NCBI GenBank assembly: GCA_965220745.1
Contig: CBDCQT010000010.1
Span: 544,001 to 608,000 of the forward strand
Direction of reading: 5' to 3'
DNA length: 64,000 bases
Origin: Alphaproteobacteria bacterium
GTDB lineage: Bacteria; Pseudomonadota; Alphaproteobacteria; UBA828
The translations under genes were made by a program, and so were the position numbers. This document shows positions 9,675 to 18,230 of this stretch, one piece after another. The notes under the pieces were generated by a model that was given only the letters and a program-made list of their open reading frames with translations, was not told the origin of the DNA and ran no database searches. How positions within the stretch are numbered: position 1 is the stretch's first letter; each line of letters begins with the position of its first letter.

Positions 9675-11158
9675 GGCGCCTCCGCTGCGCGGCCGCGGCG
9701 CCCGTGGCTCTGGCGCTGGGCTTGGCACTGGCCGCAGCCGCGCCGCTTCTGCTTGGCGGATGCAGCGTCAATCCGGCGACCGGCGACGAGCAATTCACGG
9801 CCTTCCTCTCGCCCGAGGAGGAGCGGCTGGTCGGTGCCCAGGAGCATCCCAAGTTGGTGAAGGCGTTCGGGGACCTCTACGACGACCCGGCACTCCAGCG
9901 CTACGTCTCGAGCCTCGGTCGGTTGCTCCAGCAAACTTCGGAACAGCCTGAGCCGCCCTTCACCTTCGTCGTCCTCGACAGCCCGGAGGTCAACGCCTTC
10001 GCTCTGCCCGGCGGCTACGTCCACGTCACGCGCGGCCTGATGGCACTCGCCAACGACGAGGCGGAGTTTGCGGGCGTGATCGCCCACGAGATCGGCCATG
10101 TGACCGCCCGCCATAGCGCCGAGCGTTACAGCCACGGTCTCGTCGCTGGCCTGGGTGCGGCAATCCTCGGCGTGGTCATCGACAACCGGAGCGTCTCGGA
10201 TTTCGCGAACCTCGCGGCCGGCGCCTACGTTCAAGGCTATTCGCGCTCCCAGGAGCTTGAGGCGGACACGCTGGGCGTGCGCTATTTGAGCCGCGCCGGC
10301 TTCGACGCCACCGCCATGTCGAGCTTCCTGGAGACGATGGGGGCAGAGGCGACGCTCGCAAGCAAGATGGCCGGGAAGCGCGGCGATGGAGCGCAGGGGG
10401 GCCTCTTCGCGAGCCACCCGCGTACCGCCGACCGGGTAATAGAGGCTGCCGCTGCCGCGCAGGCCAAATTCGGCGGCGAGCGCGCCCGCGACGTCTACCT
10501 CCGGCGCATCGACGGCATGATCTACGGCGATTCCCCTGAAGACGGATTCGTTCGCGGCCGGGCATTCGCCCATCCGATCTTGCGGATCGCGTTCACGGCG
10601 CCGCCCGGTTTCCGCCTGCGCAACGCACCAGAGGCGGTGGTAGGCACGCACCCGTCGGGCGCCACGGTGCGCTTTGACGAGGCCAAGCTTGCCAATCCCT
10701 CGATCAGCACCTGGCGCTACCTCCGGGGCGTTTGGGCGTCGAGGGTGGCGCTGACCAGAATCGAGAGAACTCATGTCGACGGCATGGATGCGGTGGCCGC
10801 GAGCACGCGGGTCCGCACCAGGTCGGGCGTGCGCGATGTCCGGCTGGTCGCCATCCGCGCCGCGCCCAATCGGGTGTATCGCTTCTTCTTCGTGACGCCG
10901 CCGCGGCAGACCAGAGAGTTCTCGACTCCCTTCCGGCAGATGATCGCGAGTTTCAGGCGGCTTGGCGTGCAGCAGGCCGCCAACCTCCGCCCGCTCAGGC
11001 TGCGCGTCGTCGAGGTCGAGCCGGGCGATACCGTGGAATCGCTCGCGGCTCGTATGCCATTCAACGACTTCCGCACGGAGCGGTTCCGGGTCTTGAACGG
11101 CCTGCGCCCAGGCGAGCGACTCCGCCCCGGTCAACTGGTGAAAATCGTCACCGAGTAA
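9671..11158 (+). CDS. M48 family metalloprotease lipoprotein with C-terminal LysM-like domain
   Basis: Lipobox LGGC, NAFALPGG, HEIGH, YSRSQELEAD, ASHP; VEPGDTVESLA; ATGA overlap with upstream gene. Confidence 0.92.
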   Translation: MRRLRCAAAAPVALALGLALAAAAPLLLGGCSVNPATGDEQFTAFLSPEEERLVGAQEHPKLVKAFGDLYDDPALQRYVSSLGRLLQQTSEQPEPPFTFVVLDSPEVNAFALPGGYVHVTRGLMALANDEAEFAGVIAHEIGHVTARHSAERYSHGLVAGLGAAILGVVIDNRSVSDFANLAAGAYVQGYSRSQELEADTLGVRYLSRAGFDATAMSSFLETMGAEATLASKMAGKRGDGAQGGLFASHPRTADRVIEAAAAAQAKFGGERARDVYLRRIDGMIYGDSPEDGFVRGRAFAHPILRIAFTAPPGFRLRNAPEAVVGTHPSGATVRFDEAKLANPSISTWRYLRGVWASRVALTRIERTHVDGMDAVAASTRVRTRSGVRDVRLVAIRAAPNRVYRFFFVTPPRQTREFSTPFRQMIASFRRLGVQQAANLRPLRLRVVEVEPGDTVESLAARMPFNDFRTERFRVLNGLRPGERLRPGQLVKIVTE

Positions 11159-11166
11159 GGGCCGGC

Positions 11167-12270
11167 CTATTCGGCCGCCGCCTGCCAGCCGATCTCGGCG
11201 CGGAGCCGCGGCATGAGTTCGGTCGCGGTGAGCTCCATGTGGCGCCGCCAGAGGTCCTTATGCACCCAGTCGTGATGCGAGATGATCAGGGTCTCGAAGG
11301 GGCCGGTCTCGTCCCGGAACTCCGCGATCTTCTTGGCCACCGTCTTGGGGCTGCCGGCGGTGACGATGGTGTCGATGCAGTACTCGGGCGTCACCTCTTC
11401 GTCCGGCATGTCGGGATCCGACTTCAGCATGTGGACGAAGCCGCCGTGGCTGGTGACGCCGATGATGTACTTGAAATACCAGTAGAAGGCGTTGTCCTCG
11501 CGCCTGAGGTACTGGCGCGCCTCCTCGTCGGTCTCGGTGATGAGCAGGGTGCGGCCTGCCTTCCACTTGGAGGGGTTGGGTGCAAGCCCGAGCTTCTTGC
11601 GCTCATCGAGATAGTCGCGCCAATGGCCCTTGAGCACGTCGTCGGGGACGAAGTTGGCGGAGATGAACAGCCAATCCCGTTGGGCGGCGAGACGGATGCT
11701 GCCGGAGCCCCGGCTCATCGCCGGGATCATCACCGGTGGATGGGGCTGCTGGTAGGGCTTGCCCATGGCGCCGACGCCGATATCGGACAGCACGTTGTCC
11801 TTGATCTCGAAGTCCCAGTACTTGCCGTGGAACTCGTAGGGCGGGTCCGAGGCCCAGATGCCGTGGATCATGTCGATGGACTCGACCAGCATCTCCATGC
11901 GATCGAGGTCGGTGATCTTGAACATCTCGAAGTCGGGCGGCGTGGCGCCGGGTCCGATTCCCATCAGGAAGCGGCCCTCGGAGATATGGTCGAACTGCGC
12001 GGCTTGGCCCGCCACGATCGCCGGGTGCTGGTAGGGCAGGCAGAGAACGCCGGAGCCGAACTTGATCCGCTCGGTCTGGGGCACCAGCGTCGCGAACAGC
12101 ATCAGCGGCGACTGGATCGGCTCGGAGGGAAGCGCGAAATGCTCGCCGAGCCAGACCTCGTCGAAACCGACCGCATCGGCGCACTTGATGATCTCGAAGT
12201 CTTCCTTCAGCAGCGTGTGATAGCCCCGCCGAAAATCCTGGATCGGGTGCATGAACATGCCAAGCTTCAT
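11167..12270 (-). CDS. Luciferase-like (LLM class) flavin-dependent monooxygenase
   Basis: MKLGMFMHP, GFDEVWLGEH, HPAIVA, GRFLMGIGPG, KPYQQPHPP. Confidence 0.9.
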   Translation of the reverse strand: MKLGMFMHPIQDFRRGYHTLLKEDFEIIKCADAVGFDEVWLGEHFALPSEPIQSPLMLFATLVPQTERIKFGSGVLCLPYQHPAIVAGQAAQFDHISEGRFLMGIGPGATPPDFEMFKITDLDRMEMLVESIDMIHGIWASDPPYEFHGKYWDFEIKDNVLSDIGVGAMGKPYQQPHPPVMIPAMSRGSGSIRLAAQRDWLFISANFVPDDVLKGHWRDYLDERKKLGLAPNPSKWKAGRTLLITETDEEARQYLRREDNAFYWYFKYIIGVTSHGGFVHMLKSDPDMPDEEVTPEYCIDTIVTAGSPKTVAKKIAEFRDETGPFETLIISHHDWVHKDLWRRHMELTATELMPRLRAEIGWQAAAE

Positions 12271-12402
12271 GGTGCGCCTCCCTGGCGGCGTTCCCTGCGC
12301 GTGGCGCTCATTATGGTGAGGCCGCGCGCCTGCGTGCAATGGGCGACTCAAGTTTGGGTCCAAGCTTGCAGCACACTCGTTGATCTCGTGCTGCAGTGCT
12401 AG

Positions 12403-14018
12403 CCCGACTTATTCATGGAGAACCTTGCGGTTGAGGCTCGGTTATCGGGTCGCGTCGGGACCTGACGCGGTTTGGCGCCGGGATCTGAGGATGATGGTCG
12501 TTATTGGGTTGAGGGTTGAACGAGCCTGGGTGATTGGGGCACGCCGCCCCGTCGCTCAGGGGCCTGCTGCGGCGAGACGGCCTGCGAGCAGGCGGAAGAG
12601 AGCGGCGTCCGGGCAGGCCGAGGCGAAGTGGATGCGGACGCGGGTGGCCTTCTCGATGACGCGGGCGCCGATCTTGAGGAGGCGCAGCCTCAGGGTTGCG
12701 AACTCTGCACGGGCGAGCGGCGCCGTGCGGGGAATGGCATCGCGGAGCGCGAGCATCAGCCAGTAGGCTGCAGTGTGCAGGACCAGCCTGAGCTGGTTGG
12801 CGCGCGGGCTCTGGCAGGAGGTTCGGTCCGAGGCGAGCTGGCCCTTGTGCATCTTGATCAGGTTCTCGGCCTGGCCTCGGGCGCAGTAGATGTCTTCGTA
12901 GAGATGGCGGGGCTCGCCCTTGAGCGAGGTGACGATATAGCGCGCGTCGAAGCCGCGCGTCGTCGCCTCCAGCCGAGCCACGACCCGGCGTTCGCGGCCC
13001 CAGGAGCCGGCGGCGTAGTCGAAGGCGGCGACGCTGCGCATCCTGTCCGCGCCGGCCTTGGCGCGGCGCACCCGGACGTCGTCGGCCACGTCGTATGCAA
13101 GCGCGTGCAGCGCCCGATTGCCGGCGAGGCCGAAGATGTAGTCGACGCCGTTCTGCTCGCACCAGGCCATGGCTTGCGGGCGGCCGTAGTGCGCATCTCC
13201 CCGGAAGACGATCCGGGTGTGCGGCCAGTGGCGGCGGATGCGGCGGACCAGGTGCTTGATGAGAGTGCGGACCTCGGGCCCCGACGGCGTCTTGCCCGGG
13301 CGCAGGAGGACCGCCACCGGCTTGCCGCTTTCCACATGGTAGACGTGGACGGGCAGGAAGCAGCGGGTGTCGTAATGAGCGTTGAACAGCGACAGCTGCT
13401 GGTGCCCGTGCACGGCATCGCAGGTGTCGTCGATATCGAGCGTGATGGCGGCAGGTGGGGCTGAGAAGGAGCGGCAGAAGAGATCGACCAGGGCGGCCGT
13501 CATGCGCGCCACCTCGATGCGAGACGGCGCGTTCTCCAGGCGGCTCATGGTGGGCTGGGAACAGAGGTCGCCCCCGCTCTCCGGCGCCCGGCCTGAGGCC
13601 AGCTTGAACAGCGGGTCCGCGCGCAGCGCGTCGCAGTCGTCGGCATCCTCGTAACCGCAGGCGATGGCCAGCATGCGAAAGCGCAGCATGGCCGAGAGCG
13701 AGTGGACCACCTGCGCCTGATTGCGCCGGTCGCGGATACAGCCCGCCAGGGTCTCGGCGAGACGCAAGCGGCGTTCCGCCTCGCGCAACAGGACCAGGCC
13801 GCCGTCAGACGAGATCAGGCCGCCGTCGAAGGCGGCGCTCACCCTCTTGCGTTGGACGCTTGGCAGATCGAAGGGGAGAAGGCTATCGTCGGTCATGGCG
13901 GGCGTGGCTTTTTCGTTGTTCGGAGAGGAAGACGCCTCGACAACGAATTCCTACCCGATGGCAACGGCTTACGCTACGTCCGCCACCCCAAAATCAGACC
14001 CGCCACGAATAATCCGGG
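12403..14018 (-). mobile_element. IS1380-family insertion sequence, 1616 bp, CTAG target-site duplication
   Basis: Imperfect TIRs CCCGACTTATTCATGGAG / CCCGGATTATTCGTGGCG (14/18 match); CTAG at 12399-12402 and 14019-14022; contains the transposase. Confidence 0.92.
12556..13896 (-). CDS. IS1380-family DDE transposase
   Basis: FDGGLISSDGG, GYEDADDCDALRADP, SQPTMSRLEN, ITLDIDDT, RGDAHY, YCARGQAENLIK. Confidence 0.95.
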   Translation of the reverse strand: MTDDSLLPFDLPSVQRKRVSAAFDGGLISSDGGLVLLREAERRLRLAETLAGCIRDRRNQAQVVHSLSAMLRFRMLAIACGYEDADDCDALRADPLFKLASGRAPESGGDLCSQPTMSRLENAPSRIEVARMTAALVDLFCRSFSAPPAAITLDIDDTCDAVHGHQQLSLFNAHYDTRCFLPVHVYHVESGKPVAVLLRPGKTPSGPEVRTLIKHLVRRIRRHWPHTRIVFRGDAHYGRPQAMAWCEQNGVDYIFGLAGNRALHALAYDVADDVRVRRAKAGADRMRSVAAFDYAAGSWGRERRVVARLEATTRGFDARYIVTSLKGEPRHLYEDIYCARGQAENLIKMHKGQLASDRTSCQSPRANQLRLVLHTAAYWLMLALRDAIPRTAPLARAEFATLRLRLLKIGARVIEKATRVRIHFASACPDAALFRLLAGRLAAAGP

Positions 14019-14801
14019 CTAGTGTATGACCTGGTCCTGGCCCAAGACCTCTCGCTCAATACGCTGCACCGCCGCCTGATTGTCGCCCTCAAAAATTGGT
14101 AGAGCAGTCAGGCGGTTAGCCGCATAGCGGAGCGTTCTACCGCTTATGGACGTCTCTCTTTCCAGAAGAGCAATAACCGAACAGGGGGTCTCAACTTCAT
14201 ACAGAGCGGACATTTGCGCAATTACTGCTTGCAATACACGCTGCTCGCTCATTGCGAGATAAATTGCCACTGGCGTGTGACCTTCAGCTTCAATAATCAT
14301 ATCCGCAGGGAACTCGATACCGGAAGAAAGAGATTCGTCCTCCCGAATAACTGCTCGCCCTCCAATCTTATCTCGAATCGCCCTTGAGGCGTCTTCGCGA
14401 AACGTGCTTGCCGCCCTTTCTGGTGTCAGCAGCACCAAATCTTGAAGTCTTAACAGGAGACCAACAAATTTCATCGCTGCTCGCGGAACATACTCTTCTC
14501 GAAGCGGTAAAGTAGTCAGTTCACCTCGGTCCCTTTCATATCGTGCGCCAAATTCATTCAACATCGACTCAAGGGCTTCCGCTCGTGTCGGCGCTGCCAA
14601 ATCGGAGACAGAAGCCTCTATCAAAGGCATGATCGTTCCGTCATCCTCTACTCGATAAAGACCAGAGTTGTCAGGGCCAACAATGTAGAAACCCAAAGGC
14701 TCGCCCATCCAGTCATATCCTGTGCTCACAGCAAGCCCCACCGGCACCTCACGCACAGACAACTCATCGCAAAAGGCCTTGCAGAGCACCTCAACATTCA
14801 C
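14019..14801 (-). CDS. DUF1828-like protein with possible degenerate PD-(D/E)XK-type C-terminal domain
   Basis: GLAVSTGY..GEPLGFYI..YRVEDDG N-terminal pattern typical of DUF1828; C-terminal FPADMIIE; AT-richer codon usage. Confidence 0.6.
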   Translation of the reverse strand: MNVEVLCKAFCDELSVREVPVGLAVSTGYDWMGEPLGFYIVGPDNSGLYRVEDDGTIMPLIEASVSDLAAPTRAEALESMLNEFGARYERDRGELTTLPLREEYVPRAAMKFVGLLLRLQDLVLLTPERAASTFREDASRAIRDKIGGRAVIREDESLSSGIEFPADMIIEAEGHTPVAIYLAMSEQRVLQAVIAQMSALYEVETPCSVIALLERETSISGRTLRYAANRLTALPIFEGDNQAAVQRIEREVLGQDQVIH

Positions 14802-15289
14802 AGCAGATTTCCTTTCGACCTATGAAGTCCGAAAAACACAGAAGCACGATCTAAGGCCTTGCGTTCACTGTTCACTCCAAATTCTGTTTGCCTATGATAC
14901 TGGCGCGCATTGGGGAAGCGCCTCTGCCATGGTCCACGCATCATGCCTACAGGAACCGACTCAACGTCGCCACAGGCCGCCAGCAAGTGCCAGCCAGGAT
15001 GCGTCCCATGAAATTCGTAGGACGCTATAACGCTCAGGTCGCGCCCACGCTCAAGGGCTAAAGTCGCACGATACTGCTCCTTATCAATGTGGAACGCTAT
15101 TAAAACTCGGAACGTATTCTCAAGAGCCTGGAATTGTATAACTCGCCAACGATAACGTGAGCCCAATCGGAAAGAGCGATTCCTAGGCAGCGACAAGGGA
15201 AAAGACGCCCGTGGCATTTTGCCACTTTCCCATTTTCCCCAGTCAACATTCGTTTTACTGGCGCTGCGGATATCCTGAGCACGAATCAC
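14798..15289 (-). CDS. Hypothetical protein with His cluster (EFHGTHPGWH)
   Basis: 163-aa ORF; 4-bp GTGA overlap with the downstream gene; promoter immediately upstream. Confidence 0.75.
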   Translation of the reverse strand: MIRAQDIRSASKTNVDWGKWESGKMPRASFPLSLPRNRSFRLGSRYRWRVIQFQALENTFRVLIAFHIDKEQYRATLALERGRDLSVIASYEFHGTHPGWHLLAACGDVESVPVGMMRGPWQRRFPNARQYHRQTEFGVNSERKALDRASVFFGLHRSKGNLL

Positions 15290-15295
15290 TGCAAA

Positions 15296-15324
15296 ACACT
15301 ACCCATGTAGTCTTGCTATGTCAA
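15296..15324 (-). promoter_or_regulatory. Sigma70-type promoter, probably producing a leaderless mRNA
   Basis: Minus strand TTGACA-17 nt-TAGTGT; GTG start codon begins at the 7th nt after the -10 hexamer. Confidence 0.7.
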
Positions 15325-15397
15325 GGCGACGACTTCGCAGCCGGTTCCTATTTTTCGCCATCGAGACGGGACAGGCACCGAATACATCCTATATCGA

Positions 15398-15631
15398 CTA
15401 TTCGCCTTCCCAAAGCTTCAGTTCTTCTTCCGGCAACGGGTCGAAGAATTCGTCGGTGATGGCGGCTTTCCCCTTGAGAACGCCGGGGCGTCGCTTCCCT
15501 CGGGGCTTGCAGGCGACGAGCCGCGCGACCGCCTTTCCGCGACGTGTGATCGTGACCTCCTCCCCGGCCTCCACGCACGCAATCAATCGGGAGAACTGGG
15601 ACTTCGCTTGGCTGATACTCACAAAGGTCAT
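15398..15631 (-). CDS. Type II TA antitoxin, Phd/YefM (prevent-host-death) family; no cognate toxin adjacent
   Basis: VSISQAKSQFSRLI..VEAGEEVTITRRGKAVARL..RRPGVLKG..DEFFDPLPEEEL. Confidence 0.88.
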   Translation of the reverse strand: MTFVSISQAKSQFSRLIACVEAGEEVTITRRGKAVARLVACKPRGKRRPGVLKGKAAITDEFFDPLPEEELKLWEGE

Positions 15632-15661
15632 AGCCGGACGAGCCTCATGCAGTAGGGGTTT

Positions 15662-16387
15662 CTAATCTACGAGTCGGGGCAGGATATCGCTCTCGGCGCG
15701 CTCGACGTCCTCGGGGAAATCGATCTCGATCCAGGGCAGGCCGGTGACGTCCTCGAAGCCGAAGGGCGGACTGGCGGCACGGATGACGGCGGCGACGGCG
15801 TCCTCCATGGGGCATTCTCTGCCTCCCTGTTCGATCATCCGCCCGGCAGTTTCGACAAGCGCGATTGCTGTCCGCTCGCCGAGGCGGAAGAAGCCGACCG
15901 ATTCACCGTAGGGCTCGAGCGCGGGATCGATGGTCTTGCCGAAGTCGACGGGAACGCCGCCTGCGACGCCGACCTTGACCGGTTCGTCGCCCGGCTCGTA
16001 GGCGCGGTCAACCAGCAGGCAATCAGCGTGGCGGGTCTCGATCATGGGCGCGAGCACACGGCGGCCGTAGAGCACGTCGCCATCCATGAGAAGGACCGGC
16101 CCGCCCGCCGTGAGCGCCTCCCGCACGCACCAGAGCGTGAGGATGCTGCCCTGCTCGTAGTCCGGGTTGTAGATGGTCGAGACATCGGTCTGGCCCAGTG
16201 CCTCCAGCGCGCGCTCGATCGCAAGCGCCTCGTGGCCGATGCCGATGACCACATCGCCAACGCCGAGCGCGGCTAAGATCGCCAGATGGCGTTCCAGCAG
16301 AGTGCGGCCGCCGAATCGCAACAGAATCTTGGGCTTATCGTGCCCCAGACGCCGCCCCACTCCGGCGGCGAGGATGACGGCGCGCAT
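15662..16387 (-). CDS. NTP transferase, phosphocholine cytidylyltransferase (LicC)-like
   Basis: MRAVILAAGVGRRL..PK, LLMDGDVLY, GESVGF, WIEIDFPEDV. Confidence 0.85.
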   Translation of the reverse strand: MRAVILAAGVGRRLGHDKPKILLRFGGRTLLERHLAILAALGVGDVVIGIGHEALAIERALEALGQTDVSTIYNPDYEQGSILTLWCVREALTAGGPVLLMDGDVLYGRRVLAPMIETRHADCLLVDRAYEPGDEPVKVGVAGGVPVDFGKTIDPALEPYGESVGFFRLGERTAIALVETAGRMIEQGGRECPMEDAVAAVIRAASPPFGFEDVTGLPWIEIDFPEDVERAESDILPRLVD

Positions 16388-16438
16388 GGCGAAATGTCCG
16401 GCGTTGTCATGGCCCCGTTTCGGGCTATATGACGGCCC

Positions 16439-17122
16439 ATGGTCGAACGCAAGATGGGCGAAAGCGACGAGGGCAGCGGCGAGAGCGCCGAGCCCGCCAA
16501 GGCAAAGCCGCGCCTGGCCTGGGATCAGCGGCTCGCCCGCTGGATGGTGCGGCCGCTCGTGCATACCCCGGTCACGCCGAACCACATCACCACGGTCAGG
16601 CTTCTTCTCGGGCTTGCAGCCTGCGGCCTCTTCGCGATGGGCACGCGGCCGGAGATTCTCTACGCCGCCGGGCTCTTCATGCTCTCCAACTTCGTCGATC
16701 ACATGGATGGCGAGCTGGCGCGGCTTTCCGGCAAGTCCAGCCGCTTCGGCTATCACTACGACAACTACTCCGACGCCTTCATCCACGTGACGCTCTTCGT
16801 CTGCATCGGCATCGGCCTGCAAGACAGCTGGATCGGCAGCTGGGCGCCCTATCTCGGGCTGATCGCCGGGGTCTCGGTCTCGGCGCTCTTCCTCATGTTC
16901 TGGCGGATCGAGCAGCGCGCCGGCACGCGCCAGGCGCGGCAGCCGATGTTCAAGGGAATTCACCTGGAGGACGCGATGTATTTCATCGGTCCCATCACCT
17001 GGGGCGGTGGCCTGATCGTGCTGCTGCTCGCCGGCGTCGCGCTGCCGCCGCTCTACGTTGTCTGGCTTGCCTGGAAGGAGCGCGGGCTGCTGTTCGGCAA
17101 GCCGCCGGAGGCCCCGTCATGA
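16439..17122 (+). CDS. CDP-alcohol phosphatidyltransferase family protein
   Basis: TPNHIT, DHMDGELAR..SRFGYHYDNYSD signature; transmembrane segments. Confidence 0.9.
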   Translation: MVERKMGESDEGSGESAEPAKAKPRLAWDQRLARWMVRPLVHTPVTPNHITTVRLLLGLAACGLFAMGTRPEILYAAGLFMLSNFVDHMDGELARLSGKSSRFGYHYDNYSDAFIHVTLFVCIGIGLQDSWIGSWAPYLGLIAGVSVSALFLMFWRIEQRAGTRQARQPMFKGIHLEDAMYFIGPITWGGGLIVLLLAGVALPPLYVVWLAWKERGLLFGKPPEAPS

Positions 17123-18105
17123 CGACGCTCGTCACGGGTGCGACCGGCTTTCTCGGCTCCGCCGTCGCCCGCGCGCTGCTCGACGCCGGCCACGCGGTGC
17201 GCGTGCTCACGCGTCAGGGCACCGATACGCGCAACATCGACGACCTCGACGTGGAGCGTGCGATCGGCGACCTCAACGACCGCCCCTCGCTGGAGAAGGC
17301 CGCGCAGAGCTGCGATACGCTTTTCCACGTGGCGGCCGACTATCGGCTCTGGATTCCCGATCCGCCGGCGATCTACCGCACCAACGTGGACGGCACCCGC
17401 GACCTGCTGCGCGCGGCCGCAGCCGCCGGCGCCACGCGCATCGTCTATACCTCGAGCGTCGCCACGCTCGGCCTCAACGCGGACCATTCGCCGGCCGACG
17501 AGGAGACGCCCGTGACCGAGGCCGCCATGATCGGCCACTACAAGCGCTCCAAGTATCTGGCGGAGGAGGCGGTGCGCGCGCTGGTTCGCGACGAAGGGGT
17601 ACCGGCGGTGATCGTCAACCCCTCGGCGCCCATCGGCCCGCGCGACATCAAGCCCACGCCTACTGGGAGGATCATCGTCGACTTCGCGACCGGCCGGATG
17701 CCGGCCTATGTCGATACCGGCCTCAACGTGGTGCACGTCGATGACTGCGCCGCCGGCCACCTGCAGGCGCTGGAGCGTGGTGCCGTGGGGGAGCGCTACA
17801 TCCTGGGCGGCGAGGACATGACGCTCCGGGAGATTCTTGAGTGCCTCGCGCGGCTCACGGGGCGTCCCGCGCCGCGCATCCGGCTCTCGCACCGGCTTCT
17901 CGCGCCGGTGGCCACCGCTGGCGAGGCCTGGGCGCGTGTTGCGGGCGGAGAGCCGCGGCTCACCCGCGACAGCCTGCGCATGGCGCGCAAGATGATGTTC
18001 TTCTCGTCCGCCAAGGCCGCACGCGAACTGGGCTACACGGCGCGCCCCGCCGAACGGGCACTGGCCGACGCTCTCAGCTGGTTTCAGGCCAACGGCTACG
18101 TGTGA
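17119..18105 (+). CDS. hpnA: Hopanoid-associated NAD-dependent epimerase/dehydratase (HpnA-like)
   Basis: LVTGATGFLG, FHVAADYRLW, YTSSVA, YKRSK, PIGPRDIKPTPTG. Confidence 0.82.
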   Translation: MTTLVTGATGFLGSAVARALLDAGHAVRVLTRQGTDTRNIDDLDVERAIGDLNDRPSLEKAAQSCDTLFHVAADYRLWIPDPPAIYRTNVDGTRDLLRAAAAAGATRIVYTSSVATLGLNADHSPADEETPVTEAAMIGHYKRSKYLAEEAVRALVRDEGVPAVIVNPSAPIGPRDIKPTPTGRIIVDFATGRMPAYVDTGLNVVHVDDCAAGHLQALERGAVGERYILGGEDMTLREILECLARLTGRPAPRIRLSHRLLAPVATAGEAWARVAGGEPRLTRDSLRMARKMMFFSSAKAARELGYTARPAERALADALSWFQANGYV

Positions 18106-18230
18106 ACCCGCTGGCGGCCTGCTGCCGGGATCGATCCTTGCCGCACCCCTTTGGATGGCGCTAGAACCGCTGTCACTGCCCTCCGGGCCGCCATGTCGCG
18201 GCAATCATCAGACCTGACGGGATTAGAGGA

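Noticed and set aside
15662-16963. 433-aa track ORF as an NTP-transferase fusion
   Set aside because: The N-terminal part is antisense to the CDP-alcohol transferase; the real start is MRAVILAAG at 16387
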